From sequence record OR805293.1: a DNA stretch of 64,000 bases; one strand, written 5' to 3'. This document shows, one piece after another, positions 55,158 to 64,000 of the stretch (position 1 is its first letter; each line of letters begins with the position of its first letter). Below the pieces are notes generated by a model. The model was not told the DNA's origin, did no database searches, and worked only from the letters and a program-made list of their open reading frames with translations. A program made the translations under genes and the position numbers.

Positions 55158-55183
55158 ACGTATACCGTAAAAATTTTTACCAT

Positions 55184-55212
55184 ACTATAAAATATGTATA
55201 TTCAATAGTCAA
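55184..55212 (-). promoter_or_regulatory. sigma70-type promoter (leftward)
   Basis: TTGACT-17bp-TATAGT on the minus strand. Confidence 0.75.
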
Positions 55213-55246
55213 CTGTGTTTGGTAACAAAATGTGGTAATTAGGCAC

Positions 55247-55275
55247 TTGACATTGGTATTGTCTTTTAGTAAACT
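55247..55275 (+). promoter_or_regulatory. sigma70-type promoter (rightward) with no downstream ORF
   Basis: TTGACA-17bp-TAAACT. Confidence 0.75.
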
Positions 55276-55281
55276 GTGCGC

Positions 55282-55900
55282 TTGCGTAAGAAATGTATAT
55301 ACGATAGTGCTATATGTATATACAGACAAGTGGCTCTGTTCCATTATTGGATATTGGTAGTAGAAACTATCCCCATCGTGCTGTTAATGTAGTTCCGATA
55401 GTGTCGGGTTAACGTTTTAACAGTTATTTAAATTATGATTTTGGGTGCCACAGAGATTGTACTTACTAAAAGGACTTAGTAAGAACCGCATATAATCTCG
55501 AAACTTGTGTAGGATGTTGGTCTAACCACGGCATAGAATATATGCCTCAACTACTACACGGAAAGGATGATGCTCTGGTTGAAACAGAGTTTCTATAAAT
55601 CTTTCAGTATAGATTCCGCATGACTGAAAGTTGAAACACCAACATCAATAGACTATAGTTTTTGTTAGTGTGGCTATAGTTTATTCCGGCATTGAAAGTA
55701 TATACAGTGATGCGAGACAGTAAGCATTAGTAGCAACTGTATATATGAGTAAGAGGATGCGTTTACAATGAGGAATTACCTATCGGTGCCCGCCTCAGGG
55801 ATTGCACTTCCCAACGTACACTAAACTTCGTACCATACCGAAACATACGTTTCTGTTATTACGATTTCCTTCCCAAACGGGGAGGAAATCTTCTCCGCCC
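55282..55900 (+). ncRNA. Candidate large structured non-coding RNA (~620 nt)
   Basis: No ORF of 60 aa or more, raised GC, at least 9 stems with G-U wobbles, dedicated promoter; family not identified. Confidence 0.6.
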
Positions 55901-56122
55901 GAATATCATAAGATCAAAAGCATTAATAATTAATATATAAAATTCGTTTAATTAGTTATTAAGTATATGAGTTGTAGTTTACGAAAACGAATATACTTAA
56001 TAACTACCAGTGAAGCTTGCTTCGCTGTTTAAAATTGCAATTTGTATTTTCAATTTTATATTTTGAAATGTGTTTTTGAAAATCAATCTATAAAATATAA
56101 TTTTAAATATTATTTTTAAATG

Positions 56123-56209
56123 TCATTTTGTGATTTTAATTTAAAATACTATTTCATGATTTAAAATAGAAATATATTAAACAATATCATTTTGTGATTT
56201 TAATTTAAA
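56123..56209 (+). repeat. 23-bp direct repeat x2 in a very AT-rich tract (56123-56145, 56187-56209)
   Basis: tcattttgtgattttaatttaaa, 64-bp period. Confidence 0.85.
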
Positions 56210-56260
56210 CAATTTCATATAAAACTATTTTGTCTATTTCTTTTATAATCTTAAAGTCAT

Positions 56261-56288
56261 TAAAAACCCTACATTTGTAGGGTTTTTA
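56261..56288. terminator. Bidirectional intrinsic terminator
   Basis: taaaaaccctac-attt-gtagggttttta. Confidence 0.85.
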
Positions 56289-56976
56289 TTTGATTATATG
56301 GTATTCGGTTCTAGATATTCAGATTATAATTAATAACATCTGTATGATAACTATATTTTACAGAAATACATTTACTAATTACATTTGTCAATAAATGGTT
56401 ATTTTTCTTTATATATTTAATACGTCTCAGAGGTATATAGCAAATATGATAAATCGAGGCACATAATATTTGTGTCTATATTTTTTAGTTTTATTAATCT
56501 ACATAATTGATTATTAATGTATACAGTTGTATACGCTATATTGTAATAACAAACCAAATTATATAGAGAATATACATTAAACTCTGTTTTGTGTTGAATC
56601 AACACTACATATATTATTTATTATTATGTATTAATACCTGCTGTATATAAAACTAATTAGTTATTATGTGCTTTAGAAGAATTCCATTATAATTAGTTTT
56701 CTGTGTCATACTCAAATGATGAAAGAATTATATTCTTTCATCTGTTTTATTATATGTTATTCAAGATTTATAATATAATTTTATAATGTTTGCAATTTAT
56801 GACACAAGCTATTTTAATAGAATTATACTATTCAAAGTTTTGACTTATTTTATGTGTAAAACGACAAAAATAGGCATATTTATAAAAAGCACACCTGTTT
56901 TCTGTATGAAACAAAATAGTATTTTATTAAAAATAGTGTATAGTAATAAAAACATCATTAATCATGCACGTAATTT

Positions 56977-57198
56977 ATGGTAAACGTAATTAAAGAACTT
57001 CATCCTATTAAAGGATATTGCATAGTTGTGCGTCATCCAGGCGATACTAGATTTAGCTGGGTATCGCTAGATAATCAATATATTTTGGTAGACAATCCAG
57101 TATTTTTAAATGATGAATTTGACAATTGTAAAAACGAATGGCCAGATGCTGAAATAAAAATAGTAGAAGTGTATGTTGTCCCGGAGAAGGTGTTATGA
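56977..57198 (+). CDS. Small hypothetical protein (tandem paralogue A)
   Basis: Aligns end to end with 57195-57413. Confidence 0.7.
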   Translation: MVNVIKELHPIKGYCIVVRHPGDTRFSWVSLDNQYILVDNPVFLNDEFDNCKNEWPDAEIKIVEVYVVPEKVL

Positions 57199-57413
57199 AT
57201 GCTATATCCAAAATATCTCCGTCTAAATGTTACACTGTCGTAGTTACAGATAATAATTGGAAATCATGCACGTGGATAAATTATAATGATTCTCCGGTTG
57301 TAGAATATGATATTTCTAAAATATCATCTATATTGGAATCTTGTAAGAAAAAGTTTGGCAATAGTAATGTAAGGGTAATGGAAATATATTTAGTACCGGA
57401 AAACTTTTTATGA
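57195..57413 (+). CDS. Small hypothetical protein (tandem paralogue B)
   Basis: P.K.Y.VVV...W...CK...E(I/V)Y(L/V)VPE..L shared with A. Confidence 0.7.
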   Translation: MNAISKISPSKCYTVVVTDNNWKSCTWINYNDSPVVEYDISKISSILESCKKKFGNSNVRVMEIYLVPENFL

Positions 57414-57619
57414 AAATTCGTTATATATTACTATTAATATTATCAGACTTACAAACACTAGTAAAGGTACAGGCATTTTTATTTGCATTGCTTCCCTGTG
57501 TTATTTTGTTTCTTCCTGCATCGTTCTTTATTACATTAGTTATAACAATTGCCATAGTATGGATAATAAGTTTACTATCTTATTTGCTTATTAATAAACT
57601 GATACAAACGAGGAGCTAA
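57410..57619 (+). CDS. Small membrane protein
   Basis: 69 aa, hydrophobic. Confidence 0.55.
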   Translation: MKIRYILLLILSDLQTLVKVQAFLFALLPCVILFLPASFFITLVITIAIVWIISLLSYLLINKLIQTRS

Positions 57620-57621
57620 AA

Positions 57622-57819
57622 ATGGCAGGTCTAAGAAAATGCATTGATGAATTCTGCAAAGGATGCATCTATGATCCCGAGTCTTCCGGCAGTTGGCGAC
57701 AACAAGTAGAAAATTGTAGTGCTAAATCATGTGAACTATGGGAAGTTCGACCTGTTTCGGTAGGAACTAAACAAGAAAGAATTATTGCAAAACAAAAAAG
57801 TTCACAAGAACTTGCGTAA
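57622..57819 (+). CDS. Small Cys-rich (probable Zn-binding) protein
   Basis: CxxCxYD...V..C....C.LW..RP; GGAG RBS. Confidence 0.7.
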   Translation: MAGLRKCIDEFCKGCIYDPESSGSWRQQVENCSAKSCELWEVRPVSVGTKQERIIAKQKSSQELA

Positions 57820-57855
57820 GACAGCTAACCAACCTAACTCTAGGTTAACCCTAGG

Positions 57856-57884
57856 TTGACTCATTTGTTGGATAGCACTATACT
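57856..57884 (+). promoter_or_regulatory. sigma70-type promoter
   Basis: TTGACT-17bp-TATACT(TGTA). Confidence 0.8.
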
Positions 57885-57922
57885 TGTAGCATGTTTAAAA
57901 AACATAGCTAGGAGTAGCATTT

Positions 57923-59083
57923 ATGAGTCAGATGTACGTAACTATCACTAACGGAATGTACCGTAACCAGCAAGTAAACGGCACATTCCTTTTACTTGAA
58001 GATGTGAAAGTTACTGGGTCGGGAAAACGAGTTATTAACGTATTAGGCGCATTGCCAGAATGGTCTCAACATAAATGTAGAGTTACACTCGGCAATGACG
58101 CAACAGTACAATATTCGAACGAACAAGGAGAGGTTTTAGATTTGCCTAATGTTATACGTCCGTTTGTGGGCGAAAATAATAATAATAATAATGTTCCTGC
58201 ATCTAGTCGCGGTACAGTGTATGAAGGCACCGCAGTAGAAATTGACTACGAAAAGCAATACCAACAGCTAGAATCCGAAAACGATGCAATGAATCGTATC
58301 AAACGGACTTTTGAGATTGTAAATGAACTAACAGAGGCTGCCGCGGCAGGCGAAATCCGTTCTATGATCATCTCTGGTCCTCCCGGAATCGGAAAAAGCT
58401 TCGGTGTAGAAGAAACACTAAACAGGTGTTTCTTGTTAGATAAAATTAAAGATAATAAAGAACCGTTTGAGATCGTGAAGGGCGCTGCAAGTGCAATTGG
58501 TGTTTACCAAAAGCTTTACGAATTTAAAGATAAAGGTAAAATCCTTATTTTCGATGATTGCGACCGCGTACTATTTGACGAAGATAGTCTAAATCTCCTT
58601 AAAGGTGCATTAGATACTACTAAGCGTAGAACTATTTACTGGCTTAGTGAGTCCCGCGTTTTAAAAGAAAATGATATTCCACCTAAATTCGATTTCGAAG
58701 GTAGTGTAATTTTCCTTACTAACCTTAACTTCGAGGATACAAAGTCCCGAATTGGAAGGCACCTAGAAGCAATTATGTCCCGGTGTCATTATTTAGACAT
58801 GGAAATTAGTAGTACGAGAGACCAGATCCTTCGTATTAAACAAGTTGTGCGCGACGGGATGCTTAGTAAATATGAATTTAATAACGGAGAAGATGAAGAA
58901 ATCCTAGAATATATTATCGATAATCAGAATGATCTGCGAGAACTTAGCTTGCGTATGGTAATTAAAATTGCCGATCTGATTAAATTCAAAAAAGATGGTT
59001 GGCGAGAATATGCAGAGACAACTGTACTGAAACGGAATGCAAAATTCCGGCGGCTGTATAACGAAAAGTACAGTGATATTTAA
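57923..59083 (+). CDS. AAA-type P-loop ATPase of T4-like/jumbo phages
   Basis: Walker A GPPGIGKS, Walker B LIFDDCD, IFLTN, SRC arginine finger; AGGAG RBS. Confidence 0.85.
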   Translation: MSQMYVTITNGMYRNQQVNGTFLLLEDVKVTGSGKRVINVLGALPEWSQHKCRVTLGNDATVQYSNEQGEVLDLPNVIRPFVGENNNNNNVPASSRGTVYEGTAVEIDYEKQYQQLESENDAMNRIKRTFEIVNELTEAAAAGEIRSMIISGPPGIGKSFGVEETLNRCFLLDKIKDNKEPFEIVKGAASAIGVYQKLYEFKDKGKILIFDDCDRVLFDEDSLNLLKGALDTTKRRTIYWLSESRVLKENDIPPKFDFEGSVIFLTNLNFEDTKSRIGRHLEAIMSRCHYLDMEISSTRDQILRIKQVVRDGMLSKYEFNNGEDEEILEYIIDNQNDLRELSLRMVIKIADLIKFKKDGWREYAETTVLKRNAKFRRLYNEKYSDI

Positions 59084-59091
59084 TACACAAT

Positions 59092-59113
59092 AAAGTAGCA
59101 AGGATGCTACTTT
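59092..59113 (+). terminator. Hairpin / terminator
   Basis: aaagtagca-agga-tgctacttt. Confidence 0.65.
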
Positions 59114-59126
59114 CCGGAGATACGGT

Positions 59127-59684
59127 ATGAATCATTGTGTTAGGTTTGCTTTTTTAGATAGAAATATAAAAAGTTCTATAACAACGTTTATAGTTATACC
59201 TTTAATTCTTACGTCTGTAATATATTTCCTTTTTTCAGAACAAAATGTGTGGCCAGCGTGTTTTTATTTTGTCACTATGCTTATAATTTTGTTTATTGCA
59301 GAACTAGCAGCATGTTCATCTGGAAATTTTTTTAATTGTGCTTTAAGTATATTCTCTATTTTTAGAAATATTGGTCACTTTGACACAACTTGGAAAATAA
59401 CAAATGATGGTTTTATTTATTCTTTAAAAGATAACGAAACTATACACATCTTTGTAAATAAAAACGGCGTATATTTGCATAATAATGGAAAATTTATTTA
59501 TGTAGATAATGTTAAAAATACTAAAATAGATTTATCTAAACTGTCTCACCCGGTATTTATATTAATAACATTTTACCTAAAACATAAACTCAAAGAAGAT
59601 ATGATACTGGCAGATTTATACGGATCAGTAAGTTCTAGTGTATTCATGAATGATGAAGATTTTCAAAAATTATACAGACGCTAA
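59127..59684 (+). CDS. Membrane-anchored hypothetical protein
   Basis: Two N-terminal TM segments, GGAG RBS. Confidence 0.6.
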   Translation: MNHCVRFAFLDRNIKSSITTFIVIPLILTSVIYFLFSEQNVWPACFYFVTMLIILFIAELAACSSGNFFNCALSIFSIFRNIGHFDTTWKITNDGFIYSLKDNETIHIFVNKNGVYLHNNGKFIYVDNVKNTKIDLSKLSHPVFILITFYLKHKLKEDMILADLYGSVSSSVFMNDEDFQKLYRR

Positions 59685-60060
59685 AAAATATCTAAATACG
59701 TTTGTTTCTTGTAAACCAGAACAAACAGATATGCATAGTGTATTAAATGGATATCAAAATTATTGTATATTCTCGTGTTTAATAGATTCTGCACAAAATT
59801 TAATAACAACTAAATTTTCTGATACTAATACTAATTCATACGAATGGATTATTTCGTACAAAGAAAATAATAAAAATATAACATATTCTGTTGAAAACAA
59901 AACAGACATCCTAAAGAATAACGGGTTGTCTGTTGCCTTTATTGTATGTAGGGCAAAAATAGTGTATACTAATAAATTAACAGAATTTGGTAAAACTAAA
60001 TTAAAAGAAAAAAGAAATATTCTGTTAATAGACAGAGATAAAGAAAAACTAAAAATATAA
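59650..60060 (+). CDS. Hypothetical protein
   Basis: 136-aa ORF. Confidence 0.55.
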   Translation: MMKIFKNYTDAKKYLNTFVSCKPEQTDMHSVLNGYQNYCIFSCLIDSAQNLITTKFSDTNTNSYEWIISYKENNKNITYSVENKTDILKNNGLSVAFIVCRAKIVYTNKLTEFGKTKLKEKRNILLIDRDKEKLKI

Positions 60061-60062
60061 CC

Positions 60063-60929
60063 ATGAATAGCATAATTATAAAAACAAAAAAAGATCTTTT
60101 ATACGAAACAACACTGTCGAATTTAGGATTTATAACAACTACTATACAAGTAGGTGATATAGTAGAATTCGATAAAATAGAAGAAGAACTTAATTCTAAA
60201 GATTTCTTTACTGCTTATGTACGTACATCTACTCATTTTCAATACGAGATAGCAAAACTTTGTGCTTCGAGATGTAAAATTGTTTTCATAGACATAAATG
60301 GTTTTAGATCGGCACAAGAATGGGAAGATATTAAAAAAGAATTTCCGTATACTAGATTTATTTTATTAAAAAATAATATGTGGAATTCTAATATTTCTGA
60401 TTTTAAAAAAATAATGCCAGACACAAAGGCAATTAATATAAAATGTCTTAATAAAAACAAATTAAATTCTTTAGATTACTGGAACACAATTAAGGGTTTT
60501 TCGTTCGGCGGAACAAGCAGAGATATATTGCCTCATTTACTAAGTATATTTGTTTTATTAAATGATGATTTTGCAGAATCTGTAGCAACAGAGACAATAT
60601 TAAAACGTAATTTGTCATTATCAGATATAAAAAAATATATACCGGGTCCTGGTTTAATTTATGATGTAGACGATTATTTTAATGTGTCGTATCAATCTAA
60701 AATAATATGTAATTTAGAAGCTGACTGGAAAAGTAATAAAACTGATGTAAAAAATATAGAATTCATTTTAAATGACGATACTAGTAGTTTATTCGATATA
60801 GATTATAATGAAGAATCATCATACTCTCGGATGATATCTAACTGTGTACAAAATTTAAGTAACGAAGGATTTTGGAGTTATCATTATTTAATAGATGAAT
60901 GGATACTTAAACAAATAGAGAATTTATAA
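60063..60929 (+). CDS. Degenerate Gfo/Idh/MocA-like oxidoreductase
   Basis: KIVFID and FGGTSRDILPHLLS resemble this family; GxGxxG and EKP motifs are absent. Confidence 0.5.
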   Translation: MNSIIIKTKKDLLYETTLSNLGFITTTIQVGDIVEFDKIEEELNSKDFFTAYVRTSTHFQYEIAKLCASRCKIVFIDINGFRSAQEWEDIKKEFPYTRFILLKNNMWNSNISDFKKIMPDTKAINIKCLNKNKLNSLDYWNTIKGFSFGGTSRDILPHLLSIFVLLNDDFAESVATETILKRNLSLSDIKKYIPGPGLIYDVDDYFNVSYQSKIICNLEADWKSNKTDVKNIEFILNDDTSSLFDIDYNEESSYSRMISNCVQNLSNEGFWSYHYLIDEWILKQIENL

Positions 60930-61831
60930 TGAAGGTCCGTTATTTTCATCCCATAAACAATGTATTCGAAGAAACAGTATGGGATAAGCCCGATATAAAA
61001 AATACAGAAATTGAAGTTAAAACAAAATATGTAGGTGTTTCCAATAATGATTTAAATGTAATTTATAACCAAACACCTTATGCTAGTAACAAATATGGTT
61101 GTGAAAGTGTAGGTATAGTAACAAAAGTTGGATCTAAAATTACCGATGTAAAAGTGGGAGATTTTGTAGCCACAACTACGAATCATTTATATTCAGATTT
61201 TTATAATTGTAAAACAGAAGAATATGTAAAAATTCCTAAATGTTCTCCTAGATATATTTTAGAACCAATTGCTCGATCATTAAATTTAATAACACAAAAT
61301 TGGAACAAATTCGTAGAGTTAAATAGAAACGAAGGTAAAATACTTATTCTAGGATCTGGTTTTGTTGCATCTGTACTGTATACTGTCTTAACAAAAGAAC
61401 ACGATGTTGATCCTAATAGAATATATGTTGTTGGATCTCATAATAAATCTATCTTTAATAAATCGTTGTATAATACTCTACCGATTCACTTGTATGACAT
61501 AGTGTTTGATCTGCAGGGTTTAAACATACCCTTAACAAATAATATATTGAATACGAATTCCTTATTAATAATAGGTGCCGCAGGTAAACCAACTTTAATA
61601 GATTTAAATCTATTAGCACATAAATCTGTTACAATAAATTTCCCTAGTCCCGATAATAATAAATTTTACGAATCATTAAATGATGCATGTAGAATAGTAG
61701 AAACTAAAATCTTTGATCCTAATAAATTTTGGACTAAGGGATATAAAAGAGACACTGAATGGAAAAGTGCATTCAGTACAGGGATTAATCGCCCGAAACA
61801 TTATAATTATGGTTATATTATTTGGAACTAA
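60929..61831 (+). CDS. Medium-chain (Zn-type) dehydrogenase-like protein, catalytic Zn ligands altered
   Basis: GCESVG.VTKVG..IT.VKVGD.V (GHE motif variant), LEPIA, ILGSGFVA. Confidence 0.7.
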   Translation: MKVRYFHPINNVFEETVWDKPDIKNTEIEVKTKYVGVSNNDLNVIYNQTPYASNKYGCESVGIVTKVGSKITDVKVGDFVATTTNHLYSDFYNCKTEEYVKIPKCSPRYILEPIARSLNLITQNWNKFVELNRNEGKILILGSGFVASVLYTVLTKEHDVDPNRIYVVGSHNKSIFNKSLYNTLPIHLYDIVFDLQGLNIPLTNNILNTNSLLIIGAAGKPTLIDLNLLAHKSVTINFPSPDNNKFYESLNDACRIVETKIFDPNKFWTKGYKRDTEWKSAFSTGINRPKHYNYGYIIWN

Positions 61832-62346
61832 CAATGGATAGAAAAGAAGTAATTTATTTTATAGGAACAGAAGTCGAACATACTCCAGTATACGGTGAAA
61901 AAACACTTTTTGTTGCTGGTCCCCAAGCCGGTGACGAAGTAGTAAGTAATGCACTGAAACATAACTGTAAACATATATATTTCGGTGCTAACCAAAGTTT
62001 CCCTCTACACAAAATAGATATAACAGAAGTAATTAAATGGAAACAAATGATACTGCATTGCTTAAATAAAGGATTTTGGTGTACTTTAGATTTTGATATA
62101 TGCAATTCTTCTGCAATTTTAGAAATGGATTTATCTAAGTATGATAAATTTATTCCTATTATAAGTGCAAAAATACCAAATATATCCGAATACAATAAAA
62201 ACACTATATTAAAGATAGATGATATAGGTTTTGATGAAACTAACGAAGGAGTATGGTGTCATAAGTTAAACGATTTAAAAGATAATACCGTACATACTAG
62301 CTGGGACAAATATACAGGAGATATTTCAATTGACGAAAAAAATTAA
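61822..62346 (+). CDS. Conserved phage hypothetical protein
   Basis: FIGTEVEHTP...HIYFGANQSF...KIDD..F..TN.GVWCH. Confidence 0.75.
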   Translation: MELTMDRKEVIYFIGTEVEHTPVYGEKTLFVAGPQAGDEVVSNALKHNCKHIYFGANQSFPLHKIDITEVIKWKQMILHCLNKGFWCTLDFDICNSSAILEMDLSKYDKFIPIISAKIPNISEYNKNTILKIDDIGFDETNEGVWCHKLNDLKDNTVHTSWDKYTGDISIDEKN

Positions 62347-62635
62347 TTATAGCAAAGTATATGAACCGAAAGGCGCACTATATAGAATTCGTCGCATTTC
62401 TGACGGTGCATTTAGCACAGGGTCTTCCAGTCCGGCGTTTGTAACTTCTGGTCCGGGAAAAGTATTCAATACTTTAGGTAAACTTAGATCTCATCTTACT
62501 ACTATTCGTAATAACCCGGTTTTACAAGACATATACAACGAATGTGAAATTGTTCAGTATGTAGAAGCTGACCAGCCAACATACACTCTAGCTGAACACA
62601 CAGAATTACTTATACTTAAAAAGTTAACACAATAA
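62330..62635 (+). CDS. Hypothetical protein
   Basis: 101-aa ORF overlapping the upstream gene. Confidence 0.65.
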   Translation: MTKKINYSKVYEPKGALYRIRRISDGAFSTGSSSPAFVTSGPGKVFNTLGKLRSHLTTIRNNPVLQDIYNECEIVQYVEADQPTYTLAEHTELLILKKLTQ

Positions 62636-62698
62636 CGCGCTTTACTGCGCGTTAATTTGCGCGTATGCTGCAAAAACATGTAACACTAGAGCTTATAT

Positions 62699-63175
62699 AT
62701 GCTTATGCTTAAAAAGCTGTATAACGCAATTTATGCGTTCCTTAACGAACTTGCTTATATAAAATATATAAGATTCTATGTCTTCTTTAAATGTGTTCAT
62801 AAGCATCATGTATCGGAAATACTTCTGTTAAGTAATCTAGCAGGTACGACTATAGGAGCATATAGATTTGAACGTCTCGGAAGCATGGATTATTGCACTA
62901 TATCGATTGACATGCCACTCGACGAGGATTATTTTATTGCCTGTAATACAAAAGGAATTATTTCTGTAGCAAAATGTAATCTCATATCAATGAATTTTTA
63001 TGATTTTGGTACACAATTATCAAACTATTACTTTTTTAAATACGACAATACATCGAATGGTTCGTTTTTTGTGTATCCATCCAAAAATTATTTAGTACAT
63101 CCAGAAGTAATATCTTATATAAAGAAATATAATAATGAGAGTTTATATAAAAGAACAACGTATTTGCCGGGGTAA
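62699..63175 (+). CDS. Hypothetical protein
   Basis: 158-aa ORF. Confidence 0.55.
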   Translation: MLMLKKLYNAIYAFLNELAYIKYIRFYVFFKCVHKHHVSEILLLSNLAGTTIGAYRFERLGSMDYCTISIDMPLDEDYFIACNTKGIISVAKCNLISMNFYDFGTQLSNYYFFKYDNTSNGSFFVYPSKNYLVHPEVISYIKKYNNESLYKRTTYLPG

Positions 63176-63374
63176 TGCCGAAATATACGATATAGTTATC
63201 AGACAGGAAGGTTATTTAGAATTTCTAGAAGAAACAGAAACAGAATACACAGGATTTCTAAATGTTGTTAAAATATACAAATGCACCGATGGGTATCAAA
63301 AACGAATTCATACAACAAAACAGAAGTTTTCTTTTCCGAAAGATTCTGACGAAATACTTATAATAGAATTATAG
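63135..63374 (+). CDS. Hypothetical protein
   Basis: 79-aa ORF. Confidence 0.55.
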   Translation: MRVYIKEQRICRGNAEIYDIVIRQEGYLEFLEETETEYTGFLNVVKIYKCTDGYQKRIHTTKQKFSFPKDSDEILIIEL

Positions 63375-63384
63375 GAATTTCTGC

Positions 63385-63951
63385 ATGACTACAACTGAGG
63401 CAACTCTACTTAGTCTCGCTATCGCTGCAAGTTGTATGGTAGCAGACAAAATGTATTCTAAAGAATTTGAATACATTACTAACCTTAAAATAAAAGAAGA
63501 AAAACTAAAAGAAGAATTTGCTATAAATGATGAAGATAAAATAAAATCATACATAGCATTGTGTAAAAGAAGAAAGAATTGCAGGGCAGTAGCAGAAGCA
63601 ATATATTATGAAGCGCGTAGTGAATCTAGGATAGGAATGCAAGGTGTAGCATTTACGATATTAAATAGAGCCATGAATCCTACTAGATGGCCCAACACCC
63701 CGTACAGTGTGGTTTACTATAAATGCCAATTTAGTTATACTTGCGACGGCAGTAGAAAACAAGGTTTTAAAGAAAAAGATAAATGGGATTTAGCTAATAT
63801 AGTAGCATATAGGGCTATAAATAGACTATCTAGCGATCCCACCAACGGCGCTGATCATTATTATGCACCGCACAGAGTAAGCAAACCGTATTGGGCAAAG
63901 AAAATGAGAAAAACTGCCAAATTAGGTAATCATGTGTTTTATAAATCGTAA
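63385..63951 (+). CDS. SleB-like cell wall hydrolase (Hydrolase_2)
   Basis: AEAIYYEARSE...GVAFTILNR...VVYYKCQFSY...DPTNGADHYY...W...LGNHVFY; N-terminal signal/anchor. Confidence 0.9.
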   Translation: MTTTEATLLSLAIAASCMVADKMYSKEFEYITNLKIKEEKLKEEFAINDEDKIKSYIALCKRRKNCRAVAEAIYYEARSESRIGMQGVAFTILNRAMNPTRWPNTPYSVVYYKCQFSYTCDGSRKQGFKEKDKWDLANIVAYRAINRLSSDPTNGADHYYAPHRVSKPYWAKKMRKTAKLGNHVFYKS

Positions 63952-64000
63952 TGAGGGGATTATACTATGGTATGCAAAACAATAACAAAAGAAATGTTTG

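Noticed and set aside
55282-55900. tRNA, tmRNA, RNase P RNA or group I intron identity for the structured region
   Set aside because: No cloverleaf, T-loop or CCA, no tmRNA termini, no RNase P P4 signature; the AGACUA-like word at ~55650 pairs locally and the region does not interrupt a gene.
56417-56983. ORFs 56417-56605 (-) and 56786-56983 (+)
   Set aside because: Low-complexity AT-rich translations without convincing RBS; not supportable as genes.
1-64000. Stop-codon reassignment, as in some jumbo phages
   Set aside because: Long genes are intact in code 11, and TAG and TGA are used as real stops (e.g. 44927, 48996).

Overview
A 64-kb segment of an AT-rich, lytic, T4-related jumbo phage genome. 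It uses the standard genetic code and has sigma70-type early promoters plus a T4-late-like NNTAAATA motif. From left to right: (1) phoH (partial, minus strand) and a DnaJ-ClpA chaperone module; (2) a 16-kb block of repeat-rich tail fibre/virion genes, a holin with a candidate dual start, a cytidylyltransferase and Kelch/LamG proteins; (3) a replication block whose family-B DNA polymerase gene is fractured by a cysteine-free split intein, with a free-standing Vsr/EDxHD-like endonuclease gene between the halves; (4) a 7-deazaguanine-type DNA modification cluster (TGT/DpdA-like enzyme, glycosyltransferase, QueD/DpdL-like T-fold protein, truncated epimerase, PRTase, QueE); (5) RNase H-like nuclease, a GC-rich MoxR ATPase and vWA-metallopeptidase pair, a second copy of the endonuclease family, an HNH gene and many hypotheticals; (6) a 1.6-kb gap without convincing ORFs at a strand switch, holding a promoter-driven ~620-nt hairpin-dense candidate ncRNA and an AT-rich tract with direct repeats; (7) an AAA ATPase, two degenerate oxidoreductases and a SleB-like wall hydrolase. 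Short intergenic islands almost completely lack GA/GG (TC/CC) dinucleotides, which may be tied to the guanine-modification system. All calls come from motif recognition by eye; no database search was run.
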